Shown in pieces: positions 1-11,680 of a stretch of 64,000 nt of DNA. The position numbers and the translations under genes are program-made. Position 1 is the first letter of the stretch. Every line of letters begins with the position of its first letter. This stretch comes from Macrostomum lignano (Eukaryota). The stretch is from contig NIVC01003512.1 in NCBI GenBank assembly GCA_002269645.1, positions 30,256-94,255 on the forward strand, in the 5' to 3' direction. The notes under the pieces are model-generated. The model did not search any database. It was not told where the DNA came from and saw only the letters and a program-made list of their open reading frames with translations.

Positions 1-9
1 GGTGGGTAG

Positions 10-2649
10 GCCAATTGATAATGTGTCTCTGCCAATTGATAATGTGTCTCAGCCAATTGATAATGTGTCTCTGCCAATTGATAATGTGTCTCTGCCAATT
101 GATAATGTGTCTCTGCCAATTGATAATGTGTCTCTGCCAATTGATAATGTGTCTCTGCCAATTGATAATGTGTCTCTGCCAATTGATAATGTGTCTCAGC
201 CAATTGATAATGTGTCTCTGCCAATTGATAATGTGTCTCTGCCAATTGATAATGTGTCTCTGCCAATTGATAATGTGTCTCAGCCAATTGATAATGTGTC
301 TCAGCCAATTGATAATGTGTCTCTGCCAATTGATAATGTGTCTCTGCCAATTGATAATGTGTCTCAGCCAATTGATAATGTGTCTCAGCCTATTAATAAT
401 GTGTCTCTGCCAATTGATAATGTGTCTCAGCCAATTGATAATGTGTCTCTGCCAATTGATAATGTGTCTCTGCCTAATAATAATGTGTCTCTGCCAATTG
501 ATAATGTGTCTCAGCCTATTAATAATGTGTCTCTGCCAATTGATAATGTGTCTCAGCCAATTGATAATGTGTCTCAGCCAATTGATCATGTGTCTCAGCC
601 TAATAATAATGTGTCTCTGCCAATTGATAATGTGTCTCAGCCTATTAATAATGTGTCTCTGCCAATTGATAATGTGTCTCAGCCAATTGATAATGTGTCT
701 CAGCCAATTGATAATGTGTCTCTGCCAATTGATAATGTGTCTCAGCCAATTGATAATGTGTCTCAGCCAATTGATAATGTGTCTCAGCCTAATAATAATG
801 TGTCTCTGCCAATTGATAATGTGTCTCAGCCAATTGATAATGTGTCTCAGCCAATTGATAATGTGTCTCAGCCAATTGATAATGTGTCTCAGCCAATTGA
901 TAATGTGTCTCAGCCAATTGATCATGTGTCTCAGCCTAATAATAATGTGTCTCTGCCAATTGATAATGTGTCTCAGCCTATTAATAATGTGTCTCTGCCA
1001 ATTGATAATGTGTCTCAGCCAATTGATAATGTGTCTCAGCCTATTAATAATGTGTCTCTGCCAATTGATAATGTGTCTCAGCCTATTAATAATGTGTCTC
1101 AGCCAATTGATAATGTGTCTCAGCCTAATAATAATGTGTCTCTGCCAATTGATAATGTGTCTCAGCCTATTAATAATGTGTCTCTGCCAATTGATAATGT
1201 GTCTCAGCCAATTGATAATGTGTCTCAGCCTATTAATAATGTGTCTCTGCCAATTGATAATGTGTCTCAGCCAATTGATAATGTGTCTCAGCCAATTGAT
1301 AATGTGTCTCAGCCTAATAATAATGTGTCTCTGCCAATTGATAATGTGTCTCAGCCTATTAATAATGTGTCTCTGCCAATTGATAATGTGTCTCAGCCAA
1401 TTGATAATGTGTCTCAGCCAATTGATCATGTGTCTCAGCCTAATAATAATGTGTCTCTGCCAATTGATAATGTGTCTCAGCCTATTAATAATGTGTCTCT
1501 GCCAATTGATAATGTGTCTCAGCCAATTGATAATGTGTCTCAGCCAATTGATAATGTGTCTCTGCCAATTGATAATGTGTCTCAGCCAATTGATAATGTG
1601 TCTCAGCCAATTGATAATGTGTCTCAGCCTAATAATAATGTGTCTCTGCCAATTGATAATGTGTCTCAGCCAATTGATAATGTGTCTCAGCCAATTGATA
1701 ATGTGTCTCAGCCAATTGATAATGTGTCTCAGCCAATTGATAATGTGTCTCAGCCAATTGATCATGTGTCTCAGCCTAATAATAATGTGTCTCTGCCAAT
1801 TGATAATGTGTCTCAGCCTATTAATAATGTGTCTCTGCCAATTGATAATGTGTCTCAGCCAATTGATAATGTGTCTCAGCCTATTAATAATGTGTCTCTG
1901 CCAATTGATAATGTGTCTCAGCCTATTAATAATGTGTCTCAGCCAATTGATAATGTGTCTCAGCCTAATAATAATGTGTCTCTGCCAATTGATAATGTGT
2001 CTCAGCCTATTAATAATGTGTCTCTGCCAATTGATAATGTGTCTCAGCCAATTGATAATGTGTCTCAGCCTATTAATAATGTGTCTCTGCCAATTGATAA
2101 TGTGTCTCAGCCAATTGATAATGTGTCTCAGCCTATTAATAATGTGTCTCTGCCAATTGATAATGTGTCTCAGCCAATTGATAATGTGTCTCAGCCAATT
2201 GATAATGTGTCTCTGCCAATTGATAATGTGTCTCAGCCAATTGATAATGTGTCTCTGCCAATTGATAATGTGTCTCTGCCAATTGATAATGTGTCTCTGC
2301 CAATTGATAATGTGTCTCTGCCAATTGATAATGTGTCTCAGCCAATTGATAATGTGTCTCTGCCAATTGATAATGTGTCTCTGCCAATTGATAATGTGTC
2401 TCTGCCAATTGATAATGTGTCTCTGCCAATTGATAATGTGTCTCTGCCAATTGATAATGTGTCTCTGCCAATTGATAATGTGTCTCTGCCAATTGATAAT
2501 GTGTCTCAGCCTATTAATAATGTGTCTCTGCCAATTGATAATGTGTCTCTGCCAATTGATAATGTGTCTATGCCAATTGATAATGTGTCTCAGCCTATTA
2601 ATAATGTGTCTCTGCCAATTGATCATGTGTCTCAGCCAATTGATAATGT
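10..2649. repeat. 21-bp minisatellite (about 126 units) with 840-bp higher-order duplication
   Basis: Unit gccaattgataatgtgtctc(t/a). Rare gatcat variant at 584, 920, 1424, 1760. Confidence 0.97.
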
Positions 2650-2877
2650 ACGCAGTCATGCGCACAGGCACACACTCACACAGGAGTGTACAGCGGCACT
2701 AAATTAATTTATCGTTAGGCATGTACACTTCACTGCGCCTTGGGGGTTGGCCCTCAATGGCGTTAATTGCACAAGCAGAGCCAAGCCACGATTTCAATTT
2801 AGCCCCAAATTAATGTGACTGCACTTGGAATCGAGCCTGGGCCGCTGGGACATCAGAGCGCCGGGCTAAACTACTGA
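2650..2877 (-). mobile_element. tRNA-derived SINE (family B), diverged copy between two minisatellites
   Basis: B-box-like ggctcgattcc on the minus strand; shared body with 39842-40080. Confidence 0.55.
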
Positions 2878-3278
2878 TTGTTCACTGATTGTTCACAGCT
2901 AATCGGTCACTGATTGTTCACAGCTAATCGGTCACTGATTGTTCACAGCTAATCGGTCACTGATTGTTCACAGCTAATCGGTCACTGATTGTTCACAGCT
3001 AATCGGTCACTGATTGTTCACAGCTAATCGGTCACTGATTGTTCACAGCTAATCGGTCACTGATTGGTCACAGCTAATCGGTCACTGATTGGTCACAGCT
3101 AATCGGTCACTGATTGTTCACGGCTAATCGGTCACTGATTGTTCACAGCTAATCGGTCACTGATTGTTCACAGCTAATCGATCACTGATTGGGTCACAGC
3201 TAATCGATCACTGATTGTTCACAGCTAATCGGTCACTGATTGGTCACAGCTAATCGGTCACTGATTGGTCACAGCTAA
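2873..3278. repeat. 25-bp minisatellite
   Basis: Unit cactgattgttcacagctaatcggt. Confidence 0.95.
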
Positions 3279-3314
3279 TTGTTCGCAATGTGTCGAAAAT
3301 GAATAATCGCTCAC

Positions 3315-6300
3315 AGCTCGGGTCCGAGTCCTCGGCCGACGCGTCCACGCTGTTGTCCGAATTGATGCGGACCGGCCGGCCAGTCACCCGGCTGTACAGC
3401 TGGATGACGGTGTCCGGTTGGAACAGCCAGGCCAGGGACTGCCAGGCCAGCTTCTCCAGTGGATCCAGCGGAAGTTCCGGTTGCTGTTTTTGCTGCTGTT
3501 GCTGCTGCTCCTGCGGCCGCAGCTCCCTGGTGGTCTTGCCGTCCTCTTCGGCCTCGTCCAGCCACCTTTGCAGGTGACATTGGGAAAAGGGGTTGCCCGA
3601 ATGTGCGCACTGAGTGTGCATTCTACGAGTAAATGTACACCGAAATGTACATTATAGAAGTAAATGTACATTCTAAGTGTAAATGTACATTCTAAGCGCA
3701 AATGTACATTCTAAAAGTAAATTTATATTCTAAGAGCAGATGTACATTCATAAGAGCAAATGTACATTCTAAGAGCAAATGTACATTCTAAGAGCAAATG
3801 TACATTCTAAGAGCAGATTTGCATTATACTCATAAGAGCAAATGTACATTCTAAGAGCAGATGTACATTCTAAGAGTAAACGTGCATTTCATAATGAGTA
3901 CAATGGTAGCAAAGTGCAGAGCATAGAAGTTATCATAGCCCTCACCTGTGACACAAGAAAGTCACTGGCGCGTCCGGCTTCGATGCCGCAGTCACCTGCA
4001 CGCTGTCCAGGAACCAGCCGTAGCCGGCGCCTTTGCCGTCGTGCCCGATGACCAGCTTCTTGATGCGGCCGAGGTACACGGCCTCCAGCTCGAACACGTC
4101 AGTCTGGGGAGTACCGGGAGTGTGAGTGGATTTTCAAATGCGCCACTCTACGGGCAGCATCTTAAAAAAGAAAGTTTCAAAAGAAAACAACTTGAAGAAT
4201 GCTGCTCGCGAAATATTCCTGTTGCTGACGGCAGCGTGAAAATTCAATCCGGTTTTAGCGGCCTAATCCCTATTAGCGCGGATTAGCAGGGAATTAGGGT
4301 CAGCCGCTGCGACAGCTGTGAAAAATTCGCGATATTTATCCTTAAAGCTGGCGCATTTGTGTCAGGAGTGAGAAAAAATATATTTTATAAATTTTATTCC
4401 TCCTGTTTTTGCTTGCTCAGCTCAAAAAATTTTCTGAGTAAAACAACGCCAGAAAAATCTCTTGATGTTTCGCCGTCGGCTGTCACTTCTGCTGCAGCCG
4501 ATGCTGCCGCTCTTGCTGCAGCTGCTACTGCCTGACATTCAGCCCGCGACCGCCTGCTCCGCGACCTCAGTTCGCGAAATTCAAAGCAAAATTGTGAACG
4601 GCAAGCTGGCTGCAATCCGCTGCTCCGACATCAAGGGAATTCTGCGCGGCGGCTCGCTGATGGACCCGGCAACCTACATCGAGTGCCTGCCGAACAGCAC
4701 GGAGCACGCCTGCACCGGCGGCGCCCGGTGTCTCGGCTACCGCTGCGGCTGCCCGGACGGCCTGGTGTACATCGGTGCCCTCGGCTGCACTGACGTGGAC
4801 GAGTGCTCGCTGAAGCTGGGCGGCCCGGCCTGCACGGGACCGCAGGATCGGGTCAGCTGCGTGAACCTTCAGGGCGGATTCGCGTGCAACTGCACCCAGC
4901 CGGGCCAGCAGTACCACCCGGAGTGGGGCTGCACCGACTCGCCCGAGTGCGTCTTCCCCTTCGTCTACAGGGGCAAGCGGTACACCCACTGCACCTCGGC
5001 TGACCGCGGCTACCTGTGGTGCGGCCTGAGCGATGATGTGGACCGCGACAACCGGTGGGTGGCGTGCCCGCTGAGCTACGGCACCGCGCACTGCGTGTTT
5101 CCCACGCGCTACCAGGGCGAGCTTCGGTCCGGCTGCTTCGTTGACAAGCCGACCGGCAAGCGGCTATGCTCGCTGACCAGCAACTTTGATGCCGATCGGG
5201 AGGCTGAGCTATGCATGGAGGTTGCTTAGGCCTACCGGACGTGTCACCATCAGCAGCTGTCTGTCATCCTGCGTTTTTTGGTTTCTGGGACAAATCTGTG
5301 ACTTCTTAATTCCTTCATTTTCAGCGCAGTGTTTTCGTCGAACGCAGAATTGATAGACTATATGTTTTCATAAATCATTCACTGAGAATTCAAAATTGGC
5401 AAGTTGGATTTTAAGTTATAAATGTTTCACAACAAAGCACCATGATACTCAAGCGCCAACTAAACTCTTTCGTTGTACTGAACTGATCACGCATGAATAT
5501 AATTAGTGCAACTCAGCTCAGCATTCATCAAAGTACGCACTGAATGTTTTTCTGCCATTTACGAGCGTATTTCAAGCTCGTGTCCTCACCTGGCCCATTT
5601 GAAATGGTTGCTGAGCTCCCGACACCGGCCTTGACAGCTTTCGCGGCCCGGTGTCTCCGTAGTCGCCGAACAGCACGACGCTGACTGCGGCTTCGGTGCT
5701 GGCGTTGAAGCAGCTACCGGTGCGAACCTCGACGGTGTACTTTTCCACTGCAAGGTTTGGGAGAGTTGGGTTCTTGTGGAACTGCATCTCTGTGGCTTGT
5801 ACACTTGGTGTGGGTTCTTGTGGAACTGCATCTCTGTAGCTTGTACACTTGGTGTGGGTTCTTGTGGAACTGCATCTCTGTGGCTTGTACACTTGGTGTG
5901 GGTTCTTGTGGAACTGCATCTCTGTGGCTTGTACACTTGGTGTGGGTTCTTGTGGAACTGCATCTCTGTGGCTTGTACACTTGGTGTGGGTTCTTGTGGT
6001 ACTGCATCTCTGTGGCTTGTACAGTTGGTGTGGGTTCTTGTGGATCTGCATCTCTGTAGCTTGTACAGTTAGTGTGGGTTCTTGTGGAACTGCATCTCTG
6101 TAGCTTGTAAAGTTGGTGTGGGTTCTTGTGGAACTGCATCTCTGTGGCTTGTACAGTTGGTGTGGGTTCTTGTGGAACTGCATCTCTGTGGCTTGTACTG
6201 TTGGTGTGGGTTCTTGTGGAACTGCATCTCTGTGGCTTGTACACTTGGTGTGGGTTCTTGTGGAACTGCATCTCTGTGGCTTGTACAGCTGGTGTGGATT

Positions 6301-9300
6301 CTTGTGGAACTGCATCTCTGTGGCTTGTACAGTTGGTGTGGGTTCTTGTGGAACTGCATCTCTGTGGCTTGTACAGTTGGTGTGGGTTCTTGTGGAACTG
6401 CATCTCTGTAGCTTGTACAGTTGGTGTGGATTCTTGTGGAACTGCATCTCTGTAGCTTGTACAGTTGGTGTGGATTCTTGTGGATCTGCATCTCTGTAGC
6501 TTGTACAGTTGGTGTGGATTCTTGTGGATCTGCATCTCTGTAGCTTGTACAGTTGGTGTGGATTCTTGTGGAACTGCATCTCTGTAGCTTGTACAGTTGG
6601 TGTGGATTCTTGTGGAACTGCATCTCTGTGGCTTGTACAGTTGGTGTGGGTTCTTGTGGAACTGCATCTCTGTGGCTTGTACAGTTGGTGTGGGTTCTTG
6701 TGGAACTGCATTTCTGTGGCTTGTACAGTTGGTGTGGGTTCTTGTGGAACTGCATCTCTGTGGCTTGTACAGTTGGTGTGGGTTCTTGTGGAACTGCATC
6801 TCTGTAGCTTGTACAGTTAGTGTGGGTTCTTGTGGAACTGCATCTCTGTATAAACTTGAATAGTTATGGATTATTAAGGAACCGGATGCATAAATGTAGA
6901 GTTTACAATGGACTTTGAGTTATTTTCATCGATTTTTGCGCAGAACCAGAGCTGCAAAATGCACTCTCATTGCTCAGCTGTCGCCAGCAAGCCATTTTTC
7001 CATCTCAAACAAAGCCGAGGCAAAAGTCTCCGAGCTCAAAGCAGTCAAAAGAGGGCAGCAAAAAAAGAAAGCAAAACGGATGAATTAAAAAGCGGCTCTC
7101 CAGGACGTGCCCGCCCAGCCCGTCATTCTAAAAGCCCCGGCAACCTGTGGGTCGCTACATTTTCTCCCTAATTACCCCGCTGCTTAGCCTCTCATTTGCC
7201 TGTGTTCTCAACTTCAGGCGGGGCAGCAGATTGCGGCGGAGGCAGAGCTTTGCCGGAGGAGGAGGAGGATCGCTCTTTGTCCAAAAATGGCGCAGGGAGG
7301 CTGGGGTGATGAGGCATCGCGGAAGAAATCTAATATCCCATAGAAAGACGCTAGTTGCTGGGGGACGGAGTAGCCGTTCACGAGATAAGCATTGATGTCG
7401 GATTCGATTTCATTAATTCCCCCCCCCAGCCTCCATCGGATTCTCCACGGACCTGTCGCCCGAACCGATGGGGGGGGTTCATTTTCCTTATTCGGACAGA
7501 TTTTCACCTCTGTTGGGTTAATGAGGGCGGGTCAGAGGGGCATGGATGGGGAGCTGAGGAAGCAAATTCTGTCGAACGGGGGGAGGCAGTGCATTCTAAT
7601 TAAACATACTGAACTGGCTCGAAGCTATGTAAGAATATAAAATTGAGCATGAGAGCCGTGGCGCCCATACAGATACCTATAGATTTGCATAATGGTAAAG
7701 CAAAGTCCGGGGCAGCGCTTAAGCACACTATGCCCGAAGCCAATCAGCCCGGCATCCCGGCAGCTGAAGACTTTTCCAACAATTCTATAATGCCGAGTCC
7801 CCGATCCGGCTAGCAGATTAGGGAGTTAATTAAATGCCTGGACTGAGCCGCGCCAGTTGCCAGGGGGGGATTGACGCATTCGGGGCCTATTAATTACCGC
7901 CTCGCGTGCCCCGTGCAGGTGGAGCGGACCCCTGCCGCACATGACAGGCTGCCTGTCACTTGAAGGGGAGGCAGGAGAGGCGGCGAGCAAGAGGGCGAGA
8001 GCAAACAATACAAATCACCGAGCGAGCTGCAGTCCTGACCTCAGCTCGGCAACCTCGCTCTCGGAATTCACTGAAGCCCTCTCGTCTCAACTCCCACACG
8101 GCCGTATCCAAGTGGTTGCCCAGGCAACCTCCGCCGACCAATTTCGGGATTCAGGAGACGGATAGCTAGTGTTTTCCCCAGCCAGGAAATGAAGAGCTCT
8201 CGATGTCAGTAAAAAACAGGATTTGCAAGTGGACTGGCTGTAACTATATATAGTCAGATAGATGGCTGGCTGGGCTATTTACAAAAGTCTGATATATTGT
8301 GAGCAAAGAGCGGCTCATTGTGGATATTCATCCTGCAAAAAACTTGTCATAAAACATGTCCCAGATTTATATACTATTTATAGTCACTCTGCACTGCAGC
8401 AGTGGTCAGCAGTCCCAGTCACTCATCTCTGCACTCTGCACTGCAGCAGTGGTCAGCAGTCCCAGTCACTCATCTCTGTACTCTGCACTGCAGCAGTGGT
8501 CAGCAGTCCCAGTAACTCATCTCTGCACTCTGCACTGCAGCAGTGGTCAGCAGTCCCAGTCACTCATCTCTGCACTCTGCACTGCAGCAGTGGTCAGCAG
8601 TCCCAGTCACTCATCTCTGCACTCTGCACTGCAGCAGTGGTCAGCAGTCCCAGTCACTCATCTCTGCACTCTGCACTGCAGCAGAGGTCAGCAGTCCCAG
8701 TCACTCATCTCTGCACTCTGCACTGCAGCAGTGGTCAGCAGTCCCAGTCACTCATCTCTGCACTCTGCACTGCAGCAGAGGTCAGCAGTCCCAGTCACTC
8801 ATCTCTGCACTCTGCACTGCAGCAGAGGTCAGCAGTCCCAGTCACTCATCTCTGTACTCTGCACTGCAGCAGAGGTCAGCAGTCCCAGTCACTCATCTCT
8901 GTACTCTGCACTGCAGCAGAGGTCAGCAGTCCCAGTCACTCATCTCTGCACTCTGCACTGCAGCAGAGGTCAGCAGTCCCAGTCACTCACTAGGCAGAGG
9001 CCTGGCGCCCTCCCGCACTGCTGGCAGCTCCTTGCTGGGCTCGCAGTCGGGCCGACTGTCCGACAGCCAGCAGTTGAAGTCGAAGGTGAGCTGCTCAGCC
9101 GTGTGCGCGTCCGTCATGACCAGCTGGCCGACGCACCAGTCCGGAGCGGGGCCTGAGCAGTCGTGGCTCAGTCGGACTTTCATCACCTCACCGATTGGGC
9201 CCGTGTTAATCTAAAAATGTAAAATTTGTTCCTATGTGAACTCAAAATCACGACTGAATAACATTTTTTCTGAACATTCTGCGAGGAAAATAATAATTGA

Positions 9301-11453
9301 TTACACCTGCCCCAATGGCCAGATGTGCAACCGACAGCTCAGCCGCAGCTATTGCGCGGCGCATCTGAAGGCTGCGTACGGCTGTTCAGTCCAAGGACTG
9401 GGGGGGGGGGGGGTCGCCACACGCACCCTCAATTACCCCAGCTAATGCTGGCACCCATTTTACAGCTGGGTGAACTGAAGCAATGCAGAGTTAAGTGTCT
9501 TGCTTAATGACACAAATTGTTCCGAGTGGGTCGAGAATCGAACCCCCGACCTTTCAGTCGATACTTCAAAATATTGACTTTAATTAATAAAACTCAACCG
9601 TAGTTAAAAAATGAAAAATGGAGAAGCAGATACGGGGCGACAACAGCTCGCACTAAAGCACACAATAGCCCAGCAAAGTCGCAGATTGACTTTTGCATGC
9701 GCAATGTTTGAGCAAGATTGTACCTGCTGTTGACTCTGTGCCGGAGTTCGATAACTACTGCTTTGTGGGCAAATATAAGCAAATATGCGTCTTGCTAACT
9801 ACCTCGAATTCGTCTTCTTGGCCGGCTTGGAAAGGGTCAACAATGCAGTCGGTTTGGATTGGCATGCTGAGCGCTATGGGCTCCGAGCTGCCCTGGCGGC
9901 CGTACACTGTGATGAAGACTCGGCTGCTGGTGCCGTGCTCCTCTGGCCCGGACTGGGTGCTCACCCGAACTTGCCACTGACCCTCTGCGGAGTGACATTC
10001 CGAGTTTCACTGAGCAGATTTATTTGAGCAATAAAATAACTTGTAAAAGACTCAACTATCTGATCCCTGACTCTTCCATGAGCACTCCTCAGATCCCTGA
10101 GTGAGCTACCGCTTCCACTCCTCAGATCCCTGAGTGAGCTACCGCTTCCACTCCTCAGATCCCTGAGTGAGCTACCGCTTCCACTCCTCAGGTCCCTGAG
10201 TGAGCTACCGCTTCCACTCCTCAGATCCCTGAGTGAGCTACCGCCGTCACTCCTCAGATCCCTGAGTGAGCTACCGCTTCCACTCCTCAGATCCCTGAGT
10301 GAGCTATCGCTTCCACTCTTCAGATCCCTGAGTGAGCTACCGCTTCCACTCCTCAGATCCCTGAGTGAGCTATCGCTTCCACTCTTCAGATCCCTGAGTG
10401 AGCTACCGCTTCTACTCCTCAGGTCCCTGAGTGAGCTACTCCTTCAAAGAGATTCTCAAACTCCAAGTTATCTCCCGCACCGAATTCAAAAGTTTCATAA
10501 CCCCGCAGTCATCTCACTCGACTTCGAGGCATTCGCCCGGCTGTCTCGATTGTTGTTGACCCGCCTGCTGCCCGCCGGTTGCAGCGACTTGGCGCCAGCG
10601 CCGCCTTTGCTACCGTCAGCAGCCGGCCCGCCGTTCCAGGCGTTCATCGGCTTGAACTTTTCGGTGCCGGCCACCACCAGGTGATCGGAGCCGTTGTAGA
10701 TTGCGGATAGGGACTCGATCTGCACGGCCGATCAGAATAGGGCTAAGTAGACCAGCTACAGACTAGGGTACACAGCAACGATTCAACAATTTAACTCAGC
10801 TCACCGGCTCGCCGTCCACGGTGTAGAGGCGGCGCACCTGCATCTGGAACATGGCGGACAGGTCGTCCAGCACCTGCTCGTAGTCGCGCACGTTCCGCTT
10901 GTTGAGCAGCACGATGTGCTTCTTGAACGGTTCGCCGTTCTTTCTAGCGTAAATCCGTTTGCAGTCGGCCTGACGAAACGTCGGCGCGTAGGGCGCCGGC
11001 CCAGCCGCGTCCGGTTCTGAGCCCGGGTAGCTGCGGCTGTCCGGCTGGCTGCGCCTCGGCGCTGGCCGGATCGGGTCCGGCGCGGTACCGTTGCGCGCTT
11101 TTCCGCCGGCGCCACGCCAGGCAGGCGGCGGCGGCAGCGGCTGCTGTTGGCCTGGCAGCGCTCCCGCCCGGCGCTGGTTTGTGGAGCAAACGTAGTGGCC
11201 CTGGTTGGCGAAGTCTTCGACTGAGGCGACACGGTCGCGACCTTTCGGCGTGAAGACGGCGCGGACTCCGTAGCTGAGCTCCGGCATGCGGCCGGTGAGC
11301 TCGGTGAGCAGTGTGTCGAGGCCGCGGTAGCGGTTGGGGTGGATGGCCAGCCGCACGGGGTCCTTGTGCTGCACTCCGTCTCGATGGAAGAAGACAGTTT
11401 TAGCCGGACGTGGCCGGTTCTGCTCGTTGCTTGGGCCCAGCTGGGGCAGCGAA

Positions 11454-11498
<45 letters not shown>

Positions 11499-11680
11499 TC
11501 CTGTGGTTGATCGCTGTGGCCGTTTTCCATTTTGCCTTCCTCCAAGTCGAAGATTTGCTCTTGCGTTTCGTCGGTACCTTCTGCGGCTGCTGGAGCTGCC
11601 GCCGGAACTGCCTCCTCGTCTGCGAGCGGCCTATCGGAGGGCGGCGCCGGCTCTGGATCCGGCGCGGCTGCTGAGGACAT
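3315..11680 (-). CDS. RP1: RP1-like doublecortin + PLAT/LH2 domain protein (DCX-DCX-PLAT-PLAT...), multi-exon, 3' end continues beyond the left edge
   Basis: Phase-consistent GT-AG exons: 11680-10805, 10719-10518, 9984-9803, 9210-8991, 5747-5590, 4103-3946, 3565-3315. DCX1 (KTVFFHRDG...GVRAVFTPKGRDRVASVEDFANQGHYVCS) resembles RP1 DCX1. DCX2 is split TVDGEP|IESLSAIYNGSDHLVVAGTEKFKPM. PLAT1 is WQVRVST...VFITVYG...FQAGQEDEFE|INTGPIGEVMKVRLSHD...DWCV...FNCWL. PLAT2 is YTVEVRTG...LFGDYGDTG...FQMGQ|TDVFELEAVYLGRIKKLVIGHDGKGAGYGWFLDSV...CHR|WLDEAEEDGKTTREL. Confidence 0.85.
3628..3880. repeat. 19-bp minisatellite
   Basis: Unit aaatgtacattctaagagc. Confidence 0.9.
4465..5229 (+). CDS. Intronless secreted protein: signal peptide, EGF-like and calcium-binding EGF modules, two fibronectin type II domains; nested antisense in an intron of the RP1-like gene
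   Basis: ATG at 4465, TAG at 5227-5229. Leu-rich N-terminus; DVDEC...C...CVNLQGGFACNC (EGF_CA); CVFPFVYRGKRYTHCT...LWCGLSDDVDRDNRWVAC and CVFPTRYQG...C...LCSLTSNFDAD...C (FN2). GC-rich codon-like composition. Confidence 0.9.
   Translation: MFRRRLSLLLQPMLPLLLQLLLPDIQPATACSATSVREIQSKIVNGKLAAIRCSDIKGILRGGSLMDPATYIECLPNSTEHACTGGARCLGYRCGCPDGLVYIGALGCTDVDECSLKLGGPACTGPQDRVSCVNLQGGFACNCTQPGQQYHPEWGCTDSPECVFPFVYRGKRYTHCTSADRGYLWCGLSDDVDRDNRWVACPLSYGTAHCVFPTRYQGELRSGCFVDKPTGKRLCSLTSNFDADREAELCMEVA
5761..6849. repeat. 44-bp minisatellite next to a splice acceptor
   Basis: Unit gtgtgggttcttgtggaactgcatctctgtggcttgtacagttg. Confidence 0.95.
8383..8990. repeat. 47-bp minisatellite starting at a splice donor
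   Basis: Unit cactctgcactgcagcagtggtcagcagtcccagtcactcatctctg. Confidence 0.95.
9302..9555 (-). mobile_element. CORE-type SINE (family A), second copy with truncated head, in RP1-like intron
   Basis: Near-identical to 17384-17630 over about 240 nt. Confidence 0.75.
10075..10441. repeat. 33-bp minisatellite
   Basis: Unit cactcctcagatccctgagtgagctaccgcttc; contiguous, no spacers. Confidence 0.95.

Noticed and set aside
2-2707. 901-aa and 895-aa ORFs
   Set aside because: Produced by a 21-bp (multiple of 3) satellite; no start context, and they run out into SINE sequence.
5572-6863. Many overlapping ORFs in all frames
   Set aside because: Translations of the 44-bp array; only 5590-5747 is real coding sequence (PLAT exon).
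7826-8008. 60-aa ORF with a signal-peptide-like start (FALALLLAAS)
   Set aside because: Starts at TTG, has no domain, and the hydrophobic run is a pyrimidine-rich tract that looks like a splice acceptor region.
10075-10441. CRISPR-like 33-bp repeat with internal palindrome (ctcag-atcc-ctgag)
   Set aside because: Units are contiguous with no unique spacers, there are no cas genes, and the context is a eukaryotic intron. The same holds for all other arrays here.
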